Positions 12,604-25,479 of a DNA stretch of 64,000 nucleotides are shown piece by piece. Every line of letters begins with the position of its first letter. Positions within the stretch are counted from its first letter, which is position 1. The notes below the pieces were generated by a model. The model made no database searches. It was not told the origin of the DNA and worked only from the letters and a program-made list of their open reading frames with translations. Source of the stretch: Camelus ferus (taxonomy: Eukaryota). The DNA lies in contig NC_045696.1 in the NCBI RefSeq assembly GCF_009834535.1, positions 35,900,001 through 35,964,000 of the forward strand. The letters are read 5' to 3'. A program made the translations under genes and the position numbers.

Positions 12604-14751
12604 AGGAATAGTAGCAGGAACCACATCAAAATCCCAGAGCATCTATCTCTAGGAAGGAGGCTCCTCAGCTGTCCAGGCTAATGGGTGAGCGCACAGGCTC
12701 ACTTCTTCTAACCCTGGGTGCCAAGTGCGTCTTCACCTGTAGTCCACCAACCAAGGGCCATCCTTTCATGCTAGGATGGTCTAAGCTGACTAACCCAAAT
12801 GTTCTCTTTTTCACATCTCTATGTCTGTATTATTGTATGTATTATTTTATTCAAATGTCATTTTTTTGACAACTGATTTGCTTTGATGATTTAGTGACTT
12901 CTAATTTTTTCATATTGAGGTAAATTCTACCCCAGTACCATACTAATAAAAACTCAGAGACAAACACCACAGGCAAGTGTCTCCTTAAAAATTTGTTTTC
13001 CCATCATACACTGAGATGAACTTCTCACTTGAATAGTCCCTGATCAAATCTTGGCCTCTCTTGTATCTTTCAGCTGAGACTCACACCCTGTAAGAGTGTC
13101 CTCTGCCCTGTTATCTGCCAATACTCACCTACTTCTAAAACTTGTCCTTACTAAGTCCCCATATTTCTGCAGTACCTCTTTAACAAACCTCCAACAACTC
13201 TGCTCGATGGATACGTATACAAACACCAGATTTTCCTGGAGTCTTTAGTTGCTCTGGTGAATTTCTCACTGAAGCCTATGTTGTAAAGTAATTTTTATAA
13301 TAACTTTTGTGCTAATATGAAAGTTTGGTTAGAAGTATTTCTTGATAACTCAGAATTTCTTGATAATTATCTTAATAAACTTTTATTTTAGTAGTTTATT
13401 ATATTTGTATACTTTATTATAGGGACATTAAGGACTATTGAGATTTTTTTAATGTTATATTAAATAATTCCAGGCCAAGATTGATTTCTGACTACTTGTG
13501 TCTTTTAATTTCTAACATTTTATTTTGAACTAATTTTAGACCTACTGGAAAATAGCAAACTAGTATTAAGTCTCCTTGTGTCCCTTGCCCTGCATCCCCT
13601 AATTTAATGTCTTACATAGCCAAATTATTAAATATAGTAATTATATATAATATAAAAACAAAGGAAGGTCAATATAGAGCTTTTATACCAACACTGATCT
13701 CTTCTGATAATGCAGAAGTCACTTTGGATGAAACCAAATGATGAATTCAAAGATCCTGCATTTTTCATAGGTACCAGGAATAAATTTCACTCCACACTGA
13801 TTTTTCTCAACCAATATAAAGTTAACTCCCAACTCCCACTCTTCAAAGTGTGATAATTATTATCTGAGGTATGTTTTAAGCCTATTTCTGTCTTCCTTCT
13901 TATTAGAGTGACCTAGAAATATAAATAAACAATTGTGGTATTAAAAGAAATGAGGGAAGGAACCTTATCACTCAGTGCAGCATGAGAGCCCCAACAACGC
14001 CCACTGCCTGAGGGGTCCGTTGAGGACAGGCAGCTCGGCTCTGCATCGCAAAGCCAGGGCACAGAGTCTCTGCCAAGGCTGGAAGCAGCAGTACCATATG
14101 TCCAGGGTCCCTACACGCATCTTATAGTTAATGCCATCCAATCCTGTCACCCTCACCTGGTTCCACAAGATGGTGCAGTGCTAATCCTGACATGGGCTTG
14201 CTAAACTCCTGTATCCTTGCCACACAGAAGGCACTCTCCTCCCTCAGAGCCAGCCACTCTCACTTCTGCTTCTCCAATTATTCCCATTTATCCTCTCTTC
14301 TTCACAGTACATCTTCCATCTTAAAAATCCACTAAGGGCTTTCCTCGGTAAACTAAAATGTAAAGCTATTCTCTCATACCCAGGGAGGGTTGGGTAAGAT
14401 GTGCTAAACTCAATCCATTATTTCCCCCCATAACATTCCCATGTATCTTCAAAGCCTACATGACATTATTAAGAATGTTAAGTATTAAATTGTACTAGTC
14501 CTTGATTCCATAAATAATCTGTTTTTTTTTTAAATGTCCTAAGTCTTAAACTTCCAAAATTATACAGAAGAAAAAGAGGATTCGTGTTAAATTCCCAAAC
14601 TTTTGGTTTGGGGAAAAGGATGGTGGGAAGTAAGACAACGTAGTATTTTGGGGAGGGAAGTTAATTGGCATATCATTATTGTAGAGAACATCAAATATTT
14701 TTTTTTTAAATTGATGCTTCCAAATCTCTAAAGACAAAGCTGTTACATATT

Positions 14752-15070
14752 GCGTGCTGTGCATTAATATTCGATAATGTTTTAATTGTCTAGACAAGAC
14801 AGGCACTAACGTATTTACTTCAGTTTTGGCAGATACGTGAAACACTTGTAACCGCTCTAAATCTACTTGCCATGACAGCCGCGCTGACGGATCACAGCGG
14901 TCTGTAGGGCTGCATCCTGAGGAATGCTCAAAACCATGTCAGCAGAACGCTCCAAACGCCGTCACTGGTGGGCTCAAGTTATAATGGGCCTGCTGGGTCT
15001 CTGTGTTTGCCTTGAGGGAGGTGTTACCGTTTTAGTCTACGTTTCATACATTGGCATTGTTATTACTTAG
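14752..15070. promoter_or_regulatory. CpG-retaining non-repeat patch, candidate regulatory element
   Basis: 14 CpG dinucleotides in ~290 bp (14752-15041) against strongly CpG-depleted flanks; no repeat recognised. Confidence 0.35.
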
Positions 15071-16685
15071 GTTTCAGTCAAATGCTACAACAAATATGAT
15101 ATATAAAATTATACGCTATATAGCATAAAAATAGAATAATATACTCAGAAATATATATTGTTGGAATGTAATAGATGTTTCTTTCCTCTTAAGGTAACAG
15201 TCAAAAGTGCTTATTTCTGGTTGACAAGAACTGCATTAATATTAATATGCAATGACCCAGGCTCCTTACATCTGTGGCTCCCTTCTAATTGCAATTGCCT
15301 CGTTGTCACCGGCATCTTCATGTCAGCAAAAGAGAGAAAGAATATGAAGGAGGCAAATATCCTACGCTAAAAGCTTTGTTTCAGAAGTGATTCACATCCT
15401 TTCTCCCATTTTATTGATAAGATCTAGTCACGCGGACTCACTCAGCTACAAACCAGCCTCAAAAATGTATTTTAGCCATGATCCTAGCCACAATCCTACT
15501 ACCAGAGGAGAAGAGGATGGACTGGGGTGGAGGGCCAGTAAGTTCTCCAAAAAGTATCAAGACAACAGAACAGTGATGGTCTCTGACACCAAGTGCTTGA
15601 ATTGCAAGTGCTAATTTCAGAAGACAACAGTACAGCTCCATCTTCTTGCACATCTTATTGGAGAGCAGTTGTGGTTTTAAGGCTTTGGACGGTTAGGAAG
15701 CAAGCACAGAGACATGTTTGGAAATATGAAAAAGATAAAGTTGAATTAACATTTTTATACAAGAAAATATATCAATGTTTTACTGCATTTTAGAGTCAAA
15801 ATTTCACACTTTTGAATACATGGGAGCAACAAATTATTTATTTTCTAAAAACTATACTGAAATTAAACTTCCAAATTTGCATTAGACTATTTAGACATTT
15901 GAAAAAAAGCAAGAAAAAGTGATGATTTCTATAACTCATAATAGATTTTGTACTGTTGTACATTTTAATAAATTGTTAAATGACATTCCATCACTGCAAA
16001 CAAAATAGGAGTAAGTCTAAAGGTAAAACAAATTGCTTTCTATTTACGTTAAATTCCAAACACATAGAATGTTGATTATTTTCCATTTTTAATGCCATGT
16101 GTTCTATTATTTGCATCTCAGGATGTTAGAATGAGACAGATGTAGTGACATTTTCAAAGCCAAGAAAGCTATTATTTGAGAAACAACCACATAGAAATCC
16201 AGAAATAACTGAAATAACTATAAATCCATGGATTAGTCCTACATTGGTAGAGAAGGGCTAGAAAGGAATACAGGACCATATTTACTCAAGTTCTACTCCA
16301 CAATAGTAAGCTACAAGTGTGTGTTCATTACACACAATACAAATAACATCTCACAATGTTTCCCACCCTGTTTTCCTCTCCCAGGTCTTCTATTGGTTTT
16401 ATAAAATACAAAAGCACATGCAAACACACAAGCTACACAATCAAATGCAGTTTAAGTTTCATATCGGAATCAGAATACATATTCAAAAATTCAATTACGA
16501 ATATATTATGCACAGAGAACTAGAAAACTACCCAAAATTTCCAAAACTGAGCCCTGTGCTCTGTATCTTCTATTTGCTTATAACTATAAAAGGTCTTCCT
16601 CCTCCCATAGGACAATATAACTAAACGTTTAAGCCTCTCAAGATGGCAAATGCAAACAATTTTAGACATTTATTCTTCAATTTTT

Positions 16686-16729
16686 GATTATAATTATAGT
16701 CAATGATGCTGTTGACTATAATTATAATC
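16686..16729. repeat. Perfect 18-bp inverted repeat with 8-nt loop
   Basis: GATTATAATTATAGTCAA-tgatgctg-TTGACTATAATTATAATC. Confidence 0.95.
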
Positions 16730-17833
16730 TTCACAAAAGGATTGTTCTAGAACTGTATATACATATATAAAAGCCTAAATAAGTATATGGTTAATATGCA
16801 GAAGACAATTGATAAATGTCAGCAACATTTATAAATATTTATATGGGAAAATATTTATAAAAAATTGGATGAGTATATTAGCTTCATTTTCAATCACATA
16901 CTGAAAATGTAAAGGTAAACTCTAATATTTGTTCACAGAATGATAACTCACAAGTGGTTCCCTTCATCTGTTTGGTACACCAGTGCCTTATTAGGAAATG
17001 AAAGACAACACGCCCTACACTTAGCACATGAGAACTCTGCCAACATGGAACACATTAAGCTTCATCAAAATGCTTTTGGAGTCCATGAAATGCAGTGCTA
17101 CAAGGAAGCCACACTAGAAGCAATTATTAAGTGACTGGGGAGATAAATGTAGCTATTAATACGGCACACCTGCCGTTCTTCCCGCTGCACTTTGATCTAA
17201 CAGATGATGATTTGTAATGGCACAACCTCAACACCCGCCCACCTGTAGTTTATTAGGAAATCAGCCAAGTAACAGTATTACTTAGTTACCAGCAGCAGGG
17301 AGGTAGGCATGCAAAGAGTCAATTTTTGTCACTTCATGGGTGACTCCTTCATCTAGAAATCACCCTTTGCATCTGTGCTGCCCTTGGCCAGTGATATGCA
17401 AATTAACCATCCCAGTGAGCATAAACTTCTTCTTATAGAATATTGCGTTGTTTTAAAAAGAGATGTAAGTATGTATTATTTTTGTACAGTGTGTGTTTGC
17501 CCAATTTATACCTAAGGAGAGAAAACCATTTTATGTATTCTCCCTTTATTAGTATTTTTCACACACTACTTAAACTTCATCTAAAGGTGGAGCTTTTGGA
17601 GATATTTTAAAACATTAGAATAACAACATAACTACTTTTTCAGTTACAGGAGAGAAACTATTAGGTTGTTTCTGCATCGAACAATGTGGGAAAAAATCAT
17701 CGAAGGAAACAATTTCAGTATTCATGGAGTCTTTGCACTGACTTGGCAGTTTCACTTATTAGATTGTAATCAGGCTTCAAAATACCCTCATTAGAAAACT
17801 AGCACTGTAGACAGAGACTTTTTATGGTGATAC

Positions 17834-20115
17834 TTTTATTTTTTTAACATTTTTTACTGATTTATAATAATTTTACAATGCTGTGTCAAATTCCAGTGTA
17901 GAGCCCAATTTTTCAATTATACATGAACATGTATATATTCATTATCACATTTTTTTCTCTTACCATAAGATCTTGTATATATTTCCCTGTGCTATACAAT
18001 ATAATCTTGTTTATCTATTCTACATTTTGAAATCCCAGTCTATCCTTTCCCACCCTCCGCCCCCTTGGCAACCACAAGTTTATATTCTGTGTCTATGAAT
18101 CTGTTTCTGTTTTATATTTATGTTTGTTTTCTTTGTTTGTTTGTTTTTGGTTTTTTTTAGATTCCACATATAAGCAATCTCATATGGTATTTTTCTTTCT
18201 CTTTCTGGCTTACTTCACTTAGAATGACATTCTCCAGAAGCATCCATGTTCCTGCAAATGGTATTATGTTGTCAGTTTTTATGGCTGAATAGTATTCCAT
18301 CGTATAAATATACTACCTCTTCTTTATCCAGTCATCTGTCCATGGACATTTAGGCTGTTTCCATGTCTTGGCTATTGTGAATAGTGCTGCTATGAACATT
18401 GAGGTGCAGGTGTCATTTTGAAGTAGGGTTCCTTCTGGATATATGCCCAGGAGCAGGATTCCTGGGTCATACAGTAAGTCTATTCCTAGTCTTTTGAGGA
18501 ATCTCCATACTGTTTTCCACAGTGGCTGCACCAAACTGCATTCCCACCAGCAGTGAAGGAGTGTTCCCTTTTCTCCACAGCCCCTCCAGCATTTGTCATT
18601 TGTGGATTTTTGAATGATGGCCATTCTGACTGGTGTGAGGTGATACCTCATTGTAGTTTTGATTTGCATTTCTCTGATAATTAGTGATATTGAGCATTTT
18701 TTCATGTGCCTATTGATCATTTGTATGTCTTCCTTGGAGAATTGCTTGTTTAGTTCTTCTGCCCATTTTTGGATTGGGTTGTTTGTTTTTTTCTTATTAA
18801 GTCTTATGAGCTGCTTATATATTCTGGAGATCAAGCCTTTTTTGGTTTCATTTGCTGTGCAGAAGCACATTCCGTAGGTTGTCTTTTTGTTTTGCTTATG
18901 GTTTCTTTTGCTGTGCAGAAGCTTCTAAGTTTCATTAGGTCCCATTTGTTTATTCTTGCTTTTATTTCTATTGCTTGAGTAGACTGCTCTAGGAGAACAT
19001 TTTTGAGATGTATGTCAGATAATGTTTTGCCTATATTTTCTTCTAGAAGGTTTATTGTATCTTGTCTTATGTTTAAGTCTTTGATCCATTTTGAGTTGAT
19101 TTTTGTGTATGGTGTAAGGGAGTGTTCTAGCTTCACTGATTTTCATGCTGCTGTCCAGTTTTCCCAACACCATTTGCTGAAGAGACTGTCTTTATTCCAT
19201 TGTATATTCTTGCCTCCTTTGTCGAAGATGAGTTGACCAAAAGTTTGTGGGTTCATTTCTGGGATCTCTATTCTGTTCCATTGGTCTATATGTCTGTTTT
19301 TGTACCAATACCATGCTGTCTTGATGACTGTAGCTCTACAGAATTGTCTGAAGTCTGGGAGAGTTATTCCTCCAGCCTCTTTCTTTTTCTTCAGTAATGC
19401 TTTGGCAATTCTAGGTCTTTGATGGTTCCATATAAATTTTACTATGATTTGTTCTAGTTCTGTGAAATATGTCCTGGGTAATTGGATAGGGATTGCATTA
19501 AATCTGTAGATTGCTTGGGCAGTGTCACCATTTTAACAATATTGATCCTTCCAATCCAAGAGCATGGGATATCTTTCCATTTTTTAAAGTCTTCTTTAAT
19601 TTCCTTCATCAATGGTTTATAGTTTTCTGTGTATAATTCTTTCACCTCCTTGATTAGATTTATTCCTAGGTATTTTATTATTTGGGTGCTATTTTAAAGG
19701 GGATTGTTTCTTTATTTTCTTTTTCTGTTGATTCATCATTAGTGTAAAGAAATGCAACTGATTTTTGAATGTTAATCTTGTAACCTGCTACCTTGCTGAA
19801 TTCTTCGATCAGCTCTAGTAGTTTTTGTGTGGACGTCTTAGGGTTTTCTATATATAGTTACTTCTTGTTGGCATATAGTGACACTTTTACCTCTTCTTTT
19901 CCAATTTGGATCCCTTTTATTTCTCTCTCTTGCCTGATTGCTGTGGCTAGGACTTCCAAGACGATGTTGAAAAGGAGTGGTGATAGTGGGCATCCTTGTC
20001 TTGTCCCAAATTTAGTGGGAAGCTTTTGAGTTTTTCACTGTTGAGTACTATGCTGGCTGTAGGTTTGTCATATATAGCTTTTATTATGTTGAGATATGTT
20101 CCCACTATACCCACT
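17834..20115 (-). mobile_element. Young (camelid-type) L1, 5'-truncated: ORF2 C-terminal half plus 3' UTR
   Basis: Minus-strand ORFs 19454-19645, 18831-19136 and 18313-18870 give [37 protein letters not shown] and [18 protein letters not shown] (zinc knuckle). Frameshifted; T-rich tail at the left end. Confidence 0.97.
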
Positions 20116-21389
20116 AATATTTTTTTATCATAGAATGAGTGTAAGAATTCAGTAATAATAGACAGGAAACACCTGGAGCAGCAGAAAATGTCACTCCAGA
20201 CTTAAACTAGATGTCAAAGTCCAGTATTTCTGATACTATTTTGAGAAAACTTAACATATATTTAGTGAATGTCTCTATGGCAAACAAAATAGATATAAAC
20301 CAAGTGATTGTTTAACATCTAAGATAGTATGATTAAATTTTTTTTGAAATTTGTTTCCATTTATAAACAATATTCTTATCATTATAATTAAAATTCCAAA
20401 ATCATGAGTTAAGTTGTGTGTTTGTGTGTGTATCTCTGTATTTGAAATATACTTCATCCAGATTCAATGCCAGTGTCACTTGGAAATTTTTAATATATCT
20501 ACAGTTTTTTTTTTTTCTCCTAGAACTGTTTTACTTTTCCCATAAGAAAAAATAAAATCATTCTTTAATCCACTTTACAATGATTTATCTGATCATTTTG
20601 CTTATAACTGTGAGATCACTTGAGTGGTAAGGTCTTCATAACTTGGCATTCACATGCTTCAATGGAAATTTCAGTAGTTTCAATAAAAAGAAAATAAATA
20701 CAGTGATTTGAATGTGATAAATATCACACATAAAACAAACCTACACAGTTTAAATTGAGTTTGTGAGAGCAATCTTTGATAAATAGCCACACATTTTAGT
20801 CAGCAGGTCTGCTATGGGAAAGAAACTGCTAAATAACAGTGGCTAAAGTAACACCAAGATTTACTTCTACATGTCTGTCAGAGGTCAGCTGTGGTTCTAC
20901 TCCCAGCAATGTTTCTATTGGGCTGAAGCATCAGGCTGGGAAGGTGTAACTGTCCCACAGGAAGAGTCTGAGGGTTAACCTTTATTAAACTCACTCTACT
21001 TTTGCTATAATTCATGAGGAAAATATGTTCTGTATTTATAAATAGATATATGGAAAAGTATAAATTATTTGAGAAACTCACCACTCAGTCAATCACTTAA
21101 AAAACTCATCTATAATTATCTTTGGAAAATGTACTAAGAATACAGAGTGGACTTATATTACCATATAAAAGCAAAATATGTAAAAGGCAGAGAAGTATAC
21201 ACAGAAATTTTGAGATGAGCAGAAAAGTTTATAGGTATTATGTAAAACTGTGAGAAGAAATATGTGAAATGATGGATTTAAATCAAAATAGCAATATAAG
21301 AATTAAGTTCGAATTTCAAACTAATGTTTTTAATATTTCAAGATATGCTTGATTTTATATCTAAACTTTTTTTTAATACAACGATCAGT

Positions 21390-23230
21390 AGATTCCAGTC
21401 CAGTATATAGGGAGCTTAGAAGTTGCCACTCCATCCTAATAACAAATAAAAAAGATGAACAAACTGAAAAATCAATAACTCTTCTTAGGTCTGTCAGAAA
21501 GTGAGGTCACAGGGCAAAGCACTACCCACCAAATTGAAGAGACAGAAAGGTAGATACAGAGAATCAAAATCAGAGCAGAATCCCCCAAGCAAAAACCTCC
21601 ACTGCAACCTGAGGTAAAAAACCTGAACTATAACTAACGAATTGCTGGAAGTTTAGTTTGGACACGTTCAAGAGATGAAAGCTCCCAGGGGACCCAGTCA
21701 CAGGAGGGCCCTTACATCTTTTTAAGTTTTATCTCCAGGAATTGGAGCAGGTACTCACAGTGAATATCAGTGAAAAATCTCCTCATGCTTCTGCCAGGGG
21801 GAGGTGAAAAAAGGACCAATTTGAAGTACTCCAGAGCACTCTACTTAACAAGGCCTGCCCTCAAGGAAACTAGTTTACCAGCGACTAAACTATGGGATTT
21901 TATAAAAGCTTATGTGTAAGTGAAATGAATGACAGCAATGATATAAGGGATAGGAAGAAGAAATTAGAATTTTTTTATTATAAATCTATTTTATTATAAA
22001 TCACACTATCTATGATGTGGTACAGTGTTATTTGAAAGTAAACTTGGATTAGCTGAAAAAGTGTACTGCAAACTCTAAGGCAACCAGTATGAAAAAATTT
22101 TAAAAGACATATAACTAATATGCTAAGAAAGGAGAGAAAATGGAATAATAAAAAACACTTAATTAAACCACAAAAGGCAGAAAAAGAGTGGAAGACAAAA
22201 ACAGAAACAAAGAACAGGAGCAAGAAATAGAAAACAGTAACAAATATGGTAGATATTAATCTGACTATATCAATAATCACTTTGAACATCAATGGTCTAA
22301 ATATACCAATTAAAATAAATGACAGAAATTGTCAGAATGGATTAAAAACACGACCCGCCTATTTGTTGTCTGCAAGAAACCCACTTTAAAGTCACATATA
22401 TAGATAAGTAGATGGAGAAAAATATACCATGCTGACACTAATCAAAAGAAGGAAGGAGTAGCTTTATTAAATTCAGAGAGAGAAGACTTCATCAGGTATA
22501 AAGAAGGGCATTACATAATGATAAAGAGGTCAATTCTTTAAGAAGACATAACAATCCTTAATGTGTATGCACTTAACAGAATGTCAAACTGTGTGAGGCA
22601 AAACCTGATAGAACTGTAAGGAGGAAAAGATTAACGCACTACCATTATTGGAGACTTCAACACTCTGTTATCAGAAGTGGACAAATCCAGGAGGTAGAAA
22701 ATCAGTAAGGGCATAGATGAACTCAGCAACACCATCAATCAACTTGATATAATTGATATTTGCAGACTACTCCATGCAACAACAGCAGAGTACACATTTT
22801 TCTCAAGTTTACATAGAATACTCACCAAGACAGACCACATTCTGGGCCATAAAACATATCTGAACAAATTTAGAAAAATAAAAATAATACAATGTCTACT
22901 CTCAGATCACAAAGATATTAAACTAGAAATCAATTACAGAAAGATGGGACATCTCAAAATACACAGAGATTAAACAACACTCTTCTAAATAACATACAGC
23001 TCAAAGATTTCAAGAGAAATTTTAAAAGATTTTGAAATAAAAATAAAAACACAATTTATCGAAATTTGTGGGATACAGTGAAAGCAACAGAGGAAAATTT
23101 ATAGAATTGAATGCATATTCTAGAAAAGAAATATATATAAAATCAGTAAGTTTTCACGTAGGAAATCAGAAGAAGTAGAGTATATTAAATCCAAAGTAAG
23201 TAAAAGAAAAGAAGTAATAAAAAATAGAGG
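21390..23230 (+). mobile_element. Old L1 (L1MC-like) 5' end, inter-ORF region and ORF2 endonuclease remnant
   Basis: EN-like sequences AATCACTTTGAACATCAATGGTCTAAAT, TGTCTGCAAGAAACCCAC, GGAGACTTCAACACT (GDFNT), GACCACATTCTGGGCCATAAA (DHILGHK) and TCAGATCAC (SDH); many stops. Confidence 0.85.
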
Positions 23231-23589
23231 CAAAATTGTGACATTCATTACTAAAAAATAAAATCTATTAAAAAAAGTAATGCTCATATATAATTGCTTT
23301 TTAAGGAATTTCTAAAGATATTTCTAAAGGGAAAGGCAAGATTCTCTTTGTTTGACACATATGGAGAAATTTGAAAATCTAGATTTCATTTGAAAATCAG
23401 AATTTCCATTTGAATACTAAAATTTCATGTATCAATATGTAATTTAATGTTTAAATACTAATACAGGCACTAAATAATACGTAACATCTCTTCCTAAGAA
23501 ATGTAATTATTGTTTAAGTTTGGGCATGATTAATATTCAAAATTATAAATTGGTACAACTACATCTTAATATACTAGATTTCACTTAGA

Positions 23590-24075
23590 CTGTGCTGCCC
23601 AACAAATCACTCCAATATTTACTTGCTTTAACAACCACTATTTTCTTGCTCACAGGTTTGTGAGAAAAAAATAGGGCAGGCTCATTAGGAGAGCTTTTCT
23701 TCACTCTACCCGCTGTTGGATCTTATGGCCCAATTAGAGATTGTGGGTTCAAGGCCTTATTCACATGCCTAGAGCTTTGGTGTTGGTTGAAGCTAAGATT
23801 CTTAACTTTTTTTTTCCCATGTGACCTCTCATTCACCAGGGCCTCTTCCTCTAAGAGGTTTGCCTGGACTTCTCTACATGGAAGTTAAAAGTAGCAAGTA
23901 AGCAAAACTGGAAACCACTAGCTCTCTTAATTGAAACTCACAGAGTGTTACTTTCACCAAATTTTATTTGCCAAAGCAAGTCACAAGCCCAGATCAGAAG
24001 ATAGTGGAGGGGAAACAGTCCTCTTAATGGGGGAAGAGGTATGCATATACAGGGAGAGAAGGAATTGTTAACAAC
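23590..24075 (-). mobile_element. Old MaLR LTR (MLT1-like)
   Basis: AACAAATCACTCCAA..CTTGCTCACAGG..GGGCAGGCTCA..CCAAAGCAAGTCACAAGCCCAGATCA. Confidence 0.65.
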
Positions 24076-24079
24076 CATT

Positions 24080-24465
24080 GTGTATGATAGAGTTATTGTG
24101 CAATTGGATCTAACTTGTCTACATTGTTTAGGAATCTATAGATAGATTACACCCAGTTAAACCTGTTGCACAGTGTGGTTTGGCTTCATGACTGCTGGGG
24201 CGTAACAGACCCTCCTGGAAAACTTTGCCTAAGCTATCCTGAAACCAAGATTTCTCAGACATATCTCCATGGCTCACAACTCAGAGACAAAGTACATCTT
24301 ACATGACCAGGAACTGGGGAGCTGCATCTGGAACTTTCTAGGGCACTTGATGCTTGCCTGTGTTTTCCTTTTCCTTCTTTACCATATCATTTATTTTTAT
24401 TGAAGCCTTACATTTGTATACTCAGCAGAGTCTTGTGAGTACCTTCAATTATCTAACCCTGTGTA
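24080..24465 (+). mobile_element. Decayed ERVL-type LTR fragment
   Basis: LTR-like composition ending in TCTTGTGAGTACCTTCAATTATCTAACCCTG; family not resolved. Confidence 0.4.
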
Positions 24466-25479
24466 ATCATTTTAGACAATCTATTACAACTCACTATAAA
24501 AAAAGAAACAATATAATCCTTTCATTTATAAAACACACACAAAAGTTAGTCCCTAGTGAACTGCTTATAATCTAACAATAAATTGTTTAAAATTTTACAT
24601 TTTCTATTAGGTGGGAAGGGTCAGAAGTATCTGCTTTTTAAAAATAAATACTAATTTTACTACTATGGATCCTACAAATAATAATAATAATGGCTAATTT
24701 ATTGGGTATTTACCATAAATAAATATAATTTATTTGTCACAGAATTACTATGATACAAACAATGCCATCATTATTTATAAAATTATTAGTACTATATATA
24801 AATTTTCCAAACACATCAACATTCCTCAAATACATTATACAGTTTATTTATGTTAAGTGTAGTATCTCTCCACTGTCTTTGATAGTGTTTGTATTTATCA
24901 GACCAATGAACTTTCTAAACTTTTCTTTTCCAAATCATGTAAGCATAGGATATTTCTGAAACATGCTTCCTTCTAGACAGATTGATAAGAATACTTAAAT
25001 TGTTCCTTCTGAATATTCTGCATAATTAATTTTGTTTTTCCAAGATCTATTTTACCCAGAGTATCTTCTTCCAGATCTGTCATTAAGGAGCATTCATTAC
25101 AGTATTAATATTAAGTTACTATCTGATTTGGAGCCCTAATTTTATGACCACAAGAAAGGGTCCATACTTCCAGAAAATTGAACTCCCTTAGTCACCATTC
25201 TTTCTTTATCCAAGGGCTCTCTTTTCTACAGTGTACTGAAACTAAAATCTTATTTTATCTATATTCATCTTAAAAGGAATATTTTTATCCCATTTCTCAA
25301 CACATTTTGTATTGAATTTGTGAAAAAATTTTACTTGGGGCTGAACTTCTGTCTCCCCTTGAATTTTTAGGCACTCTGTTTTTCAGAAGAGTCCCTTTCA
25401 GTTATGAGGGTTCCTTCTGTATTCCTGGGAGACATTTGTGTATCCTAGAATTCACTGAAAAATCCCCACTCAAAAGAAT

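Noticed and set aside
13738..13800. ATGATGA...CTGA spacing like a C/D-box snoRNA
   Set aside because: The terminal stem is only ~2 bp, with no clear C'/D' boxes and no convincing long rRNA complementarity.
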